DNA of 64,000 bases from Mytilus californianus (taxonomy: Eukaryota), in contig NW_026262734.1 in assembly GCF_021869535.1 (NCBI RefSeq), positions 44,454,001 to 44,518,000 of the forward strand, written 5' to 3'. Under the pieces are notes generated by a model. That model made no database searches, was not told the origin of the DNA, and worked only from the letters and a program-made list of their open reading frames with translations. Below are positions 49,846 to 63,130 of this stretch, one piece after another; within the stretch, counting starts at the first letter, position 1; each line of letters opens with the position of its first letter. The translations under genes were made by a program, and so were the position numbers.

Positions 49846-51796
49846 AGATGTACGGTACAAAACTACGGTACCAATTTTGCAGAACAGTAGTCAACAACGA
49901 GGGATCATGTATAGAGACTGGCTTTATTCCAATATTCAAGCTAGACGCAACTAGAATGTTTACTTCTCGATTTGAACAGTTTTCTTTATGATCAATTGGA
50001 AGAGGACATAGTAATGATCTGAAAAAAATGCAGTAATCTCAGGCTTGCCAGGCCATTAACAAGGCAGGTGCTTGCCTATCCTGTTTAATGATTATTTTGG
50101 TGTTGCATATAAATAAGCAACCGCAACAATCTGTTTGTATGACAACGGTATTTGAAAAAAGCTGCACATGCTGGTAGTTCAAAAAGACATGATGTAGGCA
50201 AAGGTTTTTTCCACAATCATTAAAACATTAGATGATAATATTTCGGCCAAATATTCAGATGCATTCGAGTTACTCTATTGAGGCAAATACGACGCTATCC
50301 ATTTCAAAGTTACTTCTGGTTTTTTCTCTCTATTCTTTTTTAATATTACATTCAACTGAACTTAACCAATCTTATTTATATAGACCTTCTTATGAATGAT
50401 AGGACCACAAAAGGAGGTACTAAATGACCACAATGTACAGTTTACGTTTGTCGTTTATGAATGATACAATTATCCATGTATCTACAGTACTAGAATATTC
50501 CATCTTCGAAACAATCAACATTGAATATGTGGTTCCTCCCTCGAACCTTGGTGGTTTTACAGCAGCAACCGTGGACAATATTGACAACAACAAGAGTTCA
50601 ACTACGGCTATAGAATCGTTACATTCAGCATCTTCTAAGTCTAACTTGTCAAATTCGTCATAACCTTATGCTTTAAAATAAATGCATTTCCCTTATAAAC
50701 TCTGGTACTTTAACCAATATATTATGCGCCAGCACAACTGTTCGTATTATGGCTCAAACTTAGTATAATATATATATATATTACTATAGAATGAGATACA
50801 ATTTATTTTCTTAATACTTACCAAATATAACCATGCGTTTCATACTTGCATCTTATAATTACCGTTTTATGGACATGAAATACGTGTATGCCAACCTGGT
50901 ACAATTAGTCAATTGTGCAACTCTATCCTTACATGATATAAATAAGTTAACAGAAAGATAACACAGATGGTTTGAAGCAGATGATAATGAAAACATTAAA
51001 TATGTCTGGACAACAGTTTATGAATGTAGAGCCAAAACAAATGGTCATCCGCCTTTATATATCAGTCCGCATTGACCAATGTTTCAGGAAGAGATCAAAT
51101 CTATCAAAATGATTCGACATTCCATTAATACAATTCAACAATGTGTTATTTTTTTTCCAGGGACATGTATCAATTATCACTTGTGACCAATCGTTTTTTG
51201 TTTTTTTTTTGTTTTTTCGCTTTTGCAAAAGCGAAACAGTGGAACTCGGCAAACATATTTCTAGCAGAACAAAGAATGTTTTTGATTGAGGTCTTCATAT
51301 AGAAATTGTATCCTTGAGAATCTTATGTGATTGATTAGTTGAACAAGTGTTCAATCAAGGAAACATAGTACTTCATGAACAGCAGATTCTGTTTTAGAGG
51401 CTTTCATGCATCATGAACAAGACATTTCCATGAGGTTACAGTATGTGTACTTCTCATTCTTATGCAAAGATCCTGACATAATTTTTACTGATTGACGAGA
51501 CCCTGATGAAAACTGTGTACATTCAACGAATGGAGTAACACGAGGGAAATTGAGAGTCTACTTAACCACAACTGGTCTGTAACATAAAAGATTGAACTGG
51601 AAATGTTGATGTGGGATCATTAAGAGAATGCTCAATCTGGGTGCATAAAGATTTCCTTATACTGCTTATTCATTGATTCGTTGCATATTTCCTTCCAAAT
51701 TATGGCTTTCAGTACACGTGCGCTATATTATGTCATTTAACTACTAGTATACAGTTTAAGTGTTGCAAACGTAATTTGAAAATGGAAAAGTAGATT

Positions 51797-53680
51797 AAAA
51801 GAGGGACGAAAGATACCAGAGGGACAATCAAACTCATAGATCGAAAACAAACTGACAACGCCATGGCCAAAAATAAAAAGACAAACAGACAAATAATAGT
51901 ACAGATGACACAACATAGAAAACTAAAGACTAAGCAACACGAACCCCACCAAAAACTGGGGGTGATCTCAGGTGCTCCGGAAGGGTAAGTAGATCCTGCT
52001 TCACACGTGGCACCCGTCGTGTTGCTTATGTTATTACAAATCCGGTAAATAGTCTAATTCGGTAGGTCACATTCGTGAAAAGGGAAGGGTATTGTAGTTA
52101 CGACATAAGGAACATATCCGATATCGTCTGTGAAACGGCTATTCCATAACGGTCAACCAACTCGTGATGGCGTCCGTAAAATTTACGAAGGGATGATTTC
52201 AACTTCATTATTTGGAACTCTTGGTTTAATAGCTTCCTTGTGAGCAGCAATCCTCTATCAAGGAAATCATGATAGGAAATACAAGCCCGGGAATATCGTA
52301 TCAATTGGGAGATATATACTCCGTATGCAGGCGCTGCTGGAATATTGCTACATAGGAATGGAAAGTTCACAATTGGGAAGCTAAAATCATCTCTTTTGTC
52401 GTAAAGTTTTGTTTTCAACCGACCCTCATTGTCAATTTTTAGATGTAAGTCAAGATATGAGGCAGACTTAACTGTATCTGTAGTATCCTTTATCTCTAGT
52501 TCGATGGGATAGATTCGTTCAACATAGTCACCGAATTTTGTATTATTTAGTGAGACAACATCATCTATATAGCGGAACGTAAAGTTAAAGGATATTGGTA
52601 ACATCTTATCTTTCTTCCTGAGAAGTTCCTGTATGAAGTCAGCCTCATAATAATAAAGAAACAAGTCGGCAAGAAGAGGGGCACAATTGGTTCCCATTGG
52701 AATTCCGACATTTTGTTGAAAAACACGTCCTTCAAACGTATGTTGTCAATCAAGAAATCAAGCATCTTGATAATGTCAGTTTCAGAGAATTTTTTGTTTG
52801 AATCAAAGTGATTCTTTACAAAGTAGGATTTATCCCTCCCCAAGACAAGATACTTGTATCTACGTTCGCCATTCTTTTTAATGAAACAAAGTAATACCAA
52901 CTCTTTCAATTTGTCTTTTAGTTTGGAATGGGGAATACTTGTGTAAAGTGTAGAAAAGTCAAATGTTTTAATACTATTGCAAGATGAGAGTCTTAGATTG
53001 TATGTACTCTAAAAGATCTTTGGAATTTTTTAGTATCCACATCTGATTCACGCCACCTCTAGAATAGGCAGTTTCACAATAACTTTGGAGCCCAGCTTTG
53101 ATTGCTGATAAAATAGAGGTGTCGTGGAGCACTTGGAAGACCCAGCAATATACTGTTCTTTGTAAGAACACTTTAGTAGTTTAGATATCCAATACAGTGA
53201 TGGAAGATCTAGTTCTTCACCTTTGGTTGAAATTCCAAAGGAACATAGAACAGACCTATGATTATCCAGGATTTCCTCTTTGGTAAGCGTCGTGAGGATA
53301 TATGTTGAGTTTCCAAGTGAATTGTCAATACCTAATTTATTTATCAAGCAGTTTATGTAATGATATTTACACACAAAAACGATGTTGTTTGGGGCTTTAT
53401 CTGCGGGGACAACAACATATTTGGAGGTAGGACAAGTGTTTTGCAACATTTGGGTCTTTAAAAATTGACGTAGCGTGGGTATCGATAGACCTCACAGCCT
53501 TAATCCATTCGGAAAGAGTATCTACGTCTTCTTTCTCGCGTTTAGCCCATTGCCTGGCATAATCCTCGACTGAATCCATCAGTATTTTGAAGTTGTATTT
53601 CCAATTGATGGATTTAAGCCCATGCGTAGAATTGTACATTTGTAAAAGGAGAAGGTGGGGCAATCAGATTGACAATAAAT
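51797..53680 (-). mobile_element. Naiad-type PLE family A, 5'-truncated and frameshifted RT + 3'UTR
   Basis: VVVPADKAPNNIVFVCK, LPSLYWI, KTFDFSTLYT, MGTNCAPLLADLFL, FRYIDD, YDKRDDF; RT is C-terminal, as in Naiad/Chlamys PLEs. Confidence 0.88.
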
Positions 53681-56218
53681 ATCGCACAACCACAGCATTT
53701 AATGGTATTTTGTCTAGAAATGGCCATAGTAATTTAAAACAAGTATCAATCCACCTTTAAATAATTTAACGTGATCAGGTAAACCACATGATGTTCTACA
53801 TCAGGAACGTTTTAAAAGTAAACACACAACATCCTCAAAGAATGTGAAAGCTTAAGGCGGGGAATGTTTCGCCCTTTTACACAGAGTGCTACTTCGAATG
53901 ACTGTAGATGGCATATGCCATATGGACATTTATCACAAAGGTATCAACATTTTGTAATGAGCTAATAAAATGTGGTTGACAGATATAAAACGAATGTCAT
54001 GGTAGAAGAACTTGCGCGAGGACAATAGTGTTATGTAAAGACTAAATGGCTGTTCTTCAGAAACATTTTGAACATTGCATTAAAAATATGTTGTTGTTTA
54101 GATGATAAAAAAGATGTAGAAGATACTTAGGCACTCAAAAGTCATTAGTAAAACAAAACCAGATAAGAAAATGGACAAAAAACGCAAAAAGGACTAACAA
54201 CATAAAATAGTGGATTCATAAATGTCTCCTTTCTAACTCTTAGAATCACAAAATTTAGAACATGTAAAAACCATTGGTACATGTAAATTATACAAAACTT
54301 GACCGAATGTGAACGTTTGAAATGAAATAAGGTTTCCCATGCATGTACGACGGATAAACAAGACTTTCATTGTTTGACAACACAGACATTGAAAAAAAAA
54401 GAGCAAATATCACAACATTGAAAGCATAAACAACACAAGTCCCTTTTCATTTAAACCAGGGGTATTCCTAGGTGTTCCGAAAGGGTGTGTAGTTTCTGGC
54501 TAACTGGAAGCACTCGTGATGCTACCATGATTACCGTTTGCAAGTAGAAATTTTGTCATAAGTCGTTTTTATTGATCATCTTCATGTTACCACAATCGAG
54601 CAAAAAGAAAGGATTGTGGCAAGGAGAAATAAATAAAGGCAACAGTAATATACCGTATTAGTCATAAATCGATTAAGCGAAAACAAATCCGGGTCACAAA
54701 CCAAAACCGAGGGAAACACATCAACTATAAGAGGAAAACAACGGAAGAACAGAAACATATTAATTATCATTTGTGACTAAGATGGTACCTAATGGTAAAA
54801 AAAATCCTGATGGCGTCCTGAGAACGTTCGGATGTTTCCATCTATAGGATCTTTGATTAAATTATCTTGCAAGCAGCATCCATGTATCATGGAAAGACAA
54901 TCCCTAGAATATTGTATTAAATGCAAAATGCAATTCTATAGAATATAAGCAAAGCCTTGTCCTAGTTTTTTTCATTTTCATTTTTTGGCGGCTATTTTGA
55001 AATTTTCCGCCATTTTGAAAAAAAAAATTAAAAGTCTAATATAACGTCATGACTTACTAGAAACGTTGGATTATATTTTATTCTTTTAAAAGATATGGTT
55101 TGAATATTATTGGCTTTTAATTAGATATGGTTGTGAAATTTAGACTGATTGGCAGACATCTTGAAAATGGCCGCCATATTGGATTGTTCAGAGTGGGTCC
55201 ATAGCTTAGATTGATTATCAAATATATATCTACTATTGTGCAAAGTTTCATGCTTTTATCATCAAACCCACAATTCTTTTAAAAATATGCACGAATCAGC
55301 TGGATTATGGTCAAAGTTGCACAAATAAGACACTTAAAAAAAAAAATCAAAAAAATCTTTATTATTCAAAAACATATCATTTTATTAATATATATATAAA
55401 GAAGTACTGGTACTTTAGTCTTTGACTTATTGTTTGGCGACAGATGAATGAAATTTGTACATATATGGTGCAATGAGGATAATGTAACGTGAAGTGCGGA
55501 ATATGTATCGTGCGATGGGGAAGTATGTATGGGATTTTTACCTTCATTCATTTTTGTCTCAAAGGAATGTAGATTATTTGTGTTATTGCATTTTTAACGA
55601 AATTGTTTTTAGATAATTTCGAATGGTTCGCTATTGTATCTGATTCAAAAGATAATGGAAAATGTTGTATCGTGTATGCCGTACACCGAAGAGTAATTTG
55701 TATCTTTATATCATTATTAAAAATGATGATTTGTGTGATTGACAATGGTATACTTTGGAATAAATCATTGTGTATCGCGTATAATGATAATTGTTTATTA
55801 AGTAGGACGTTAACTCATGAAAAGGCCTGTACCATAGACCTCGTAGCAATATAGAAACACACTTTTATTTTCTTAACATGTCACTGAAATGTAACATGAT
55901 ACTCTAAAACACTTGCATAAATTAAAGGTCACTTATAATATTATAAACCAACTGTTATTTACAATAAAGACTTCCTACGAAAAAGGTTGATGGGAATGAT
56001 AATGCAAGAAATGGAAACATTCATGTCTTATGTTGAAGCGGTTTTCAACAAATTCTGTGGGTGCCTATCGCACATTTGAGGCTTGTAATTCAGTGGATGT
56101 TTTTAGTTTCTGTCCGTCATATTTATATTGCCTTAACTATATTTTGACATAGATCAGGCCGCCAGTTTTCCCGTTTGATTTATTTCACAATATGTCATGT
56201 CGGAGCCCTTTATGTTTG

Positions 56219-56603
56219 ACAATACGAGTTGGGTTTTGCTCGTTGTTGCAGGCCGTACAGTGAACTATTGTTGGTATCATCCATTTAGTATTGACTCTGG
56301 TGAATAGTTGTCTGATCCATAATCATAGCAAATGACATTATGTTATAATGAACTTAGTAATACTTACTTTGCTAAATCATTGACCGTTAACTCCCAATGA
56401 TTTTTTGTCAAGTTTTACAATACGGGTTGGGTTTTGCTCGTTGTTGCAGACCATACAATGAACTATTGTTGATATCAACCATTTAGTATTGACTCTGGTG
56501 AATAGTTGTCTGATCCATAATCATAGCAAATGACATTATGTTATAATGAACTTAGTAATACTTACTTTGCTAAATCATTGACCGTTAACTCCCCATGATT
56601 TTT
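56219..56603. repeat. Tandem duplication, 198-bp period, 2 copies
   Basis: ACAATACG at 56219 and 56417; near-identical distal halves. Confidence 0.9.
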
Positions 56604-59373
56604 AAAAATGAAGAAAAACATAAAAAAAAAAACGATAGGCACAACTAGTCTATCAGAGGATCAATAATGACAAATGTTTGTACATAAATCGTCGCGTTAT
56701 AAAAAATACCATAACACTTAATTGAAGCTTATATGGGAATTCATACTTAATTTTTATTGGATCAAATTAATGAACCCAACCTATAGAAAGCTAAGCTTTA
56801 TTCGTGCATGTGTTTGAGCTTTCGATTTTGCCATTTTATTAGGGACTTTCCTTTTTGAATTTTCCTCGGAGTTCAGTATTTTTGTGATTTTACTTTATAA
56901 TACATGTACTAACAGATTTTGGAATATTCAACACTGAACAGATGTTAATAGTATTATCATATAACTTAAAAACATATTTCAAATTGTAGGGAAAAGATAC
57001 AAAATTATATGCAAATGCTTTATCGATGTATCTTTTGAAAAAAGGAAAATGGCGTATTCCGAAAGAATGCATTAATGAATTACTTGATTATCGATCTGTT
57101 GAATATATCTACGAAGAGGTAAGTAAAGCGTTAACTACAATAACCTTACCGCCTATTTTTCATAACACAAAGTAACATTTAAGCATGGATCATTTGAAAA
57201 TTGTATTACTTCTACAATGTAACCTTCGATAGATAATAGTAACAGGTTTTGTAAATAGTCAACCTAACAAAAGAAAATACCTTGTTTTAGTGTCCAATCG
57301 TTATTATATTCGTTCAGAGTGTAGGGAACAACGAAAACCAAATGCGCATTGTTTCAGAAATTATTTTGCGGCATATTGTAATGCGACATAATTTTTTTCA
57401 TACATCATTAATTTTCTTATGCGGTTTTTTGGGCTTGGTAGAACTGGGACATTGACTATTTTAACCTATGATGGCTTGGCATTATGTATGTTTGATAGAA
57501 ATTGTAGTAACAAAAGTTCATTTAATTCTTTCAAACATTTAGAAAACTACTTATCGTAACATTTTTGTAGTTAACCCAATTGTATACCTGTTATCCAAGA
57601 CAATGTTTAAGATAATACTAAAGCTACTTAACATGTTGAGATATTTGAGCTATGAAAAATTAAGCGCCACCAATTTATATATATCAATTTGGAAATAACT
57701 CTTTTGGCTTTGTAATTGTTTGCTCTGATATTTTAAGGCTATCAATGTACATGTATCTATAAAAAGTTCATTGGGAAAACAATATAATATACAATTGGTT
57801 TTAGGATTGTAGACTGAAATTGACGAATGGATTATTCACTGATTTGCTAGATTTTAGTAGCTCGTTCCATGTGTTACCACTTGAACTAGGAAAAGGTAAA
57901 ATACTGCAGTGTATTAATTTCTTTAGTTTTTAAATCATTCCGCGATTGGTCTGTTTTGATTGAACACCAAAAACAAATGTATTTAAATATTTCATAACGA
58001 ATAACAATTTGGTATCACTTGAGTTATTGAATATCTATATAGTTATAAAACAGCTTCTATCGAATTTGTTAGCATTCGTTATTATTATTGAAATAGGATA
58101 AAATATAAAAATAAGAAGATGTGGTATGATTGCAATGAGACTTGATGCTTTTACAGTAATAACAGTCAGTGTTGGTGGACTTTCAACTGGCAGTAGTCAG
58201 CACGCATACTCTGACAAGAAGTATAATTAATAATTTCTTAATTGAGTTGGCCTTCCAGCAGTTTTAATACCAATATCTTTGAAAAACCTTTGTATAACGC
58301 GAGTGTATCGAACTTAATTGTAAGTCTGGTAATTTTATTGTGTTTTTACATCAAATGGGTCTAGGGTACAGCTGGCTGACATGAAATATCTTTGATACTT
58401 CATTTTTGTAGATTCACTGTTTGTAAACAGTTCGAAATAATGAAGACTGTTTTCCTCTTATGGCTTATTCGGCCCAACTCTTGATTAATTTGTCTTAAAT
58501 GTTCTTTTATTTTATGATACTAGTTGCAAATGTCAGTCTGACACGAATATTTAGTCTGATCAAGTTTAATCGATTGAATTTGTAGCAGAAAAAAAAACGT
58601 TAAAACCTTTTGCTCAGATTTTCAATGGTAAATCTTTGTTAACAACGTTTTAGATTTGGGCTTTGTAGATTAGAGTTTGTCGCATCATAGAGACAACTGT
58701 CATTCACTTAAGGTTGCATGTTAACCTCAACCTTTTTGTATTTTGTGGTTTCTGTGTCTGGAATATAAACCTGATTTTTTTTTATTGTTTCCCATTTGAA
58801 ATATAGTATACATGAACGTCTGCAATTTCCAATACAACGGTAAAGAATGTAATTTCGCTTTCCCTGTCAATATTCATGTCTGACATTACACTTCAAAAGA
58901 AAATTCTATGAAATCTGTATTCTTAGAAACAGGATGAAAAACAAATTTCAAAGGGATACGGAAAAAAAATATATAAAAGAGTTAGTAATACTCCCATCAA
59001 TTTGATTAAAAAACTCCAAGTAATTACAAAGCGTTTGTTGACAGAATTGCATTCACTCCGAAAGGACCGAGACCAAATGCGTCTAAAGGATCAGTGTCGT
59101 CTGCTATGGAATCCAGAAAGCCGACCGTACGAGACCCTCATGTGTAGTCAAGGTCGTTACCCCCATCCCCTACTAGTAGTAGCGTCGTCTGCTAGGAAAT
59201 CCACCCTCAGTCGAAATGTCATAATCAGGAATAGGACATAATAACTAAAATGGTTCAATACACTAAAAGACGACCTATATAAGCACAATATAAGAACAAG
59301 TGATCAATATTATTCAATTTCACTTTTTTTTTAATTTTGATTTAGAATTGTCCAGCATTTGTTTTCTGCATTT

Positions 59374-59657
59374 CTATAGGAACCACGTCTGCGCCTATCC
59401 TTGCCGACCTATTCTTTTAATGTGGGTTGGATGTCCTTCAGATACTTATAAAAGCAAGAAGATCAAAGAAGCTAGATAAGACAGTAATTCCTTTCACATA
59501 CAAATATATTAATGATGAACAGTCCAAATTCTTTTCATTGGTTTCCATCAATATTTAATCCAGAACTAAAGATTAAAGAAAACCCAGACACATATTCCTC
59601 CGCCTTATTTAGACATAAAACTAGAATTTGACTCCAGCGGTCATCTCAGTACGAAAA
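59374..59657 (+). mobile_element. Heavily decayed Naiad-type RT fragment
   Basis: IGTTSAPILADLFF and FTYKYIND resemble MGTNCAPLLADLF / FRYIDD; several stops and frameshifts. Confidence 0.65.
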
Positions 59658-62600
59658 ACGGCGAAAAGACAAACAAAGGCAACGAGACTATTTTATAAAT
59701 GTTTTTGCTATGGCAGAAATATTTCTTTGGTATATGCATTTACCTAATCAAGAATATGAATAACTCGTGGTCGTAACAGAGAATTATTGAATCTATTATA
59801 AAATGGCACGAGAATTATTTAAAGAAATAATGGTTATTTACAGATTAAGATCTTTAATATATTGTATCAGTATTGGATAATAATGAATGTTTAAGATTAT
59901 TTATCTCAACATGAACAAGACATATATCCATATGAAACAAAAATGACTAAAGCTTGTAAAAAACTTACCAGTTTTGTTCCGTATTGTACATGTTATAAAC
60001 AGTATACCTGAATTTTTGTATCGATTCCATTACAGAGAATAGTTTTTTTTTTATTTCAAATAGCCTGTTGTACTTCAATATTACAGGAGGAAAGATGACG
60101 GAGGACGAAATCAAACCTGAACTCTATGGGCTCATATTTTTTGCATTACTGAAGAAAGAATTTTATCCTGGGGCAAAACAACTTGTGGAAACGGGATTTG
60201 TATGTTTAATTATTAGAACCAAATGCACAAAGTTAAGTACTTTCTCAAAATCGTTGACTTGAAAGGGCACTTACAATTTCCATAACGTCTCAGTCTGTTT
60301 TATATATCCAACTGAACCGATAATTTTCTGTCATTAACAATACTGACTATTCCATTTACAAATATAACCCCTCCATACAAAACTGATGATATCAGCGCTT
60401 TTGATGCAATATATTTACTGACAATTTTGGTTTAGAAACTGTTGTATACCCGCTTTAAGTCAACTAGTTGCGTATCTTCAGTAGGCAGTAGACCTGAACA
60501 GAATTAATTTACATGACACAATTTCATCTAGTTGTACCAACACAGCGTTTAAAACTCAAATAGAAAATTATCATAAGATGTGGTTTGACTGATATGTTAT
60601 GCCCTCTTGTTCAAAAGCCAATAAAAACATTTTTTTTATTTTGTCCTCTCAAATCTTCTTTTCTAACAACCTCTGATACATGAAATACCGTGGAATAAGT
60701 TGACAGTAAGAAAACTCATATCTTTTTTTTCTAATATCGTAAAAGTCGTTCATTAGCATTACTTTTATAAAAACAAACTTGATATTAAGTAGATATTTTC
60801 ATTGTTGTATCGTTTAAAATCTCAAGTGCAAAGGAGTACACGGGACTGGAATGGGAATATCGAGTGAAAATACATAATCCCTATATGTAAAGTGAACCTT
60901 ATCAAGTTTACTATTTATCAGTATATTAACTTGCTGTCGTTTTGTAAATGTTCTGCTTTTCATTTAATAAGAAAAACAAATTGTCTAACAGAGGCACAGA
61001 GTAAGATTCTTAAACTATACATTAATTCGAAAGAAAACGTATTTATTCTTTGCCTTTTTTCTCTTTGTTCCAGGTTCGCATTCACCATCTTTTGGTTGGT
61101 TGTCAACTTCTCCAAGAGGTTTCAAACGATTGGAAAACAACGCATTTACAAAAATAAAATTTGACAAGATTAAAAGAGTAAGAAACAAATAAATGCATAA
61201 AAACTCTCAATATTTAAAAGACTATTTAATAGTCTTCCTACATGTTAACTTTCGTCAATATTGGTATAAAATTGAGATTTCGAACACACAATCCTTGATT
61301 ATGTAAACATCCTACATTCACCATTCATAATACCAACCATACACCATTATCCGTTCGCCCTTTCTATTTGTATCATAAACTATATGCATCATTCAAACTA
61401 CCAAAAAAATCAGCGTGTTTGATGAAATAACGTTTTCTAAATTGTTTTTGGTAACTTCAATTAGAAAACTAGCTTAATACTTTGGCAATATAAACATGAT
61501 AAAAACACTGACAAAATACAATTTAAACTGAACAATATTTTTGACATTGTCGGTATCATTAAGTAGCAGTTTAATAAAACAAGCAATTAAACTTGAAAAA
61601 CTTTTAATGAACCTTATCTTAAAGAATGTACATGTATTTAAAATTAACGACATAAGCTGAATATGTTGAAGTTCACAAAAGTCTAAAAATTAAATTGTAT
61701 ATTAATAATGAGACCCAAGGAAACGTTTTTTTTATAGAAATTTTGAAAATACATTCTACTTTAAACCGGAACACCACAAGTGAAAAATCGAACACAAGTT
61801 TATTCAAATTAAAAACATTTAATCGTAAACAATTAAATAGTATAAGATCCAGAGTTTTGTATGTATCTGGTATTTCAGAATAGTCTTATTTTCAAAACCT
61901 TGTAAAATGTTTGATTAACTTTTGTTTCTCCAATGGACATATTATATCAAACATTATATACCTTTTGAGCAAACAATAAGCTGGATTTGTACCGCAACCA
62001 TTAAAAGACCATTGTAGAATATGTTTAGTTTCCTTGCACAAAATGTTGCATTTTAAGAGGAATATCGACATAAATTATAAATACTGTTTTATGCAGTAAG
62101 CTTAAATGAACGCAACAAACATGTTCTTTTTACTTTTTTAAAATACACAAAGTTCACATAATAATTACAACAGATTTTAAAGGATAAAAAGAATAACAAA
62201 AAACATAGACAATGATCATTTTATGTTCCCGAACTTTATAATATTATCCATATGCTGGTTGTGTAAAATACATCAAATCTCATGAATCATATTCAGTCAT
62301 TATATGATATTTATCTTTATTTATAGTTTATACAATATATGCTGAGAAATTGCGTAGAAATATGATCTATAAATTCCATGTCTAAGGCGAGGTACACAAA
62401 AAAATGTAATACGCGATATATTTTTAGAACAGAGCAATTCCAATGAAAAACAATAAATAACATTTCACCAAATTACATAATCAGTCTTTCATATAATAAG
62501 AAGTTGAAAACGTGTTTGCTCATACCGCACAGGTTGGTTTTTATCAACATAATTCTTCTCGAAAAGAACGTTTTGTTGTTCAAAATGTTATATGTAAATG

Positions 62601-62990
62601 CATACAGTACATATTTCATATATCAGTATATATAGAAATTTTTGCACCTCATGTTTGTGGTATACCATCTTTTCCGCAATTTTATTGTTATCAGTTTGGT
62701 TTTAAATTAATAATAAAGATCCATTTAGTTACATCTTGTGATCCGTTTATTTGGCAATCGCCAATGGCAGTCAGCAGGGTTTAAGAACATCCGTTGTTCG
62801 ACCTGTTAGTCAAATGCGTTTTGTTTGAATATACTTTTTTCACTTTTTTGGTCTTCTGGAAAATGTTGTTTGTGCTGTATTTAGACCCCTCAACCAAGAA
62901 ATTTGTTTTGCATGCACACGTATAAGAATTGCGGTTTTTATCCAACGAAATCATAGGTTTGAACGTTGTTTTCAATTTAGACTTAATAAT

Positions 62991-63015
62991 CTATATATAT
63001 ATATATATATATATA
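62991..63015. repeat. (TA)n microsatellite (others at ~3585-3603 and 50764-50782)
   Basis: Direct reading. Confidence 0.9.
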
Positions 63016-63082
63016 GATATATTAACGCCTGAAAAGTGTACAAAACAACACCAATAACAAAAAAAGAAAACTATAAATGTAA

Positions 63083-63130
63083 TAATTTATAAATATTTCG
63101 GATAACAGATATCCTTCATCAGTATAATTA
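63083..63130 (-). ncRNA. Minimal type I hammerhead ribozyme motif
   Basis: taattata-CUGAUGA-a-ggata tctgt tatcc-GAAA-ta-UU-tat(a)aatta: intact core, perfect 5-bp stem II, stem I pairing. Confidence 0.7.

Noticed and set aside
51797-53680. Selenocysteine-recoding Naiad (known in clams and spiders)
   Set aside because: Cys residues in the segment I translated (~52890-52990) use TGT/TGC, and the ORF breaks are frameshifts; no in-frame TGA at Cys positions or SECIS was recognised (not exhaustively checked).
58147-58319. Adhesion-GPCR TM4-like remnant (VGLPAVLIPISL)
   Set aside because: Four in-frame stops and only a few matching residues; not distinguishable from chance.
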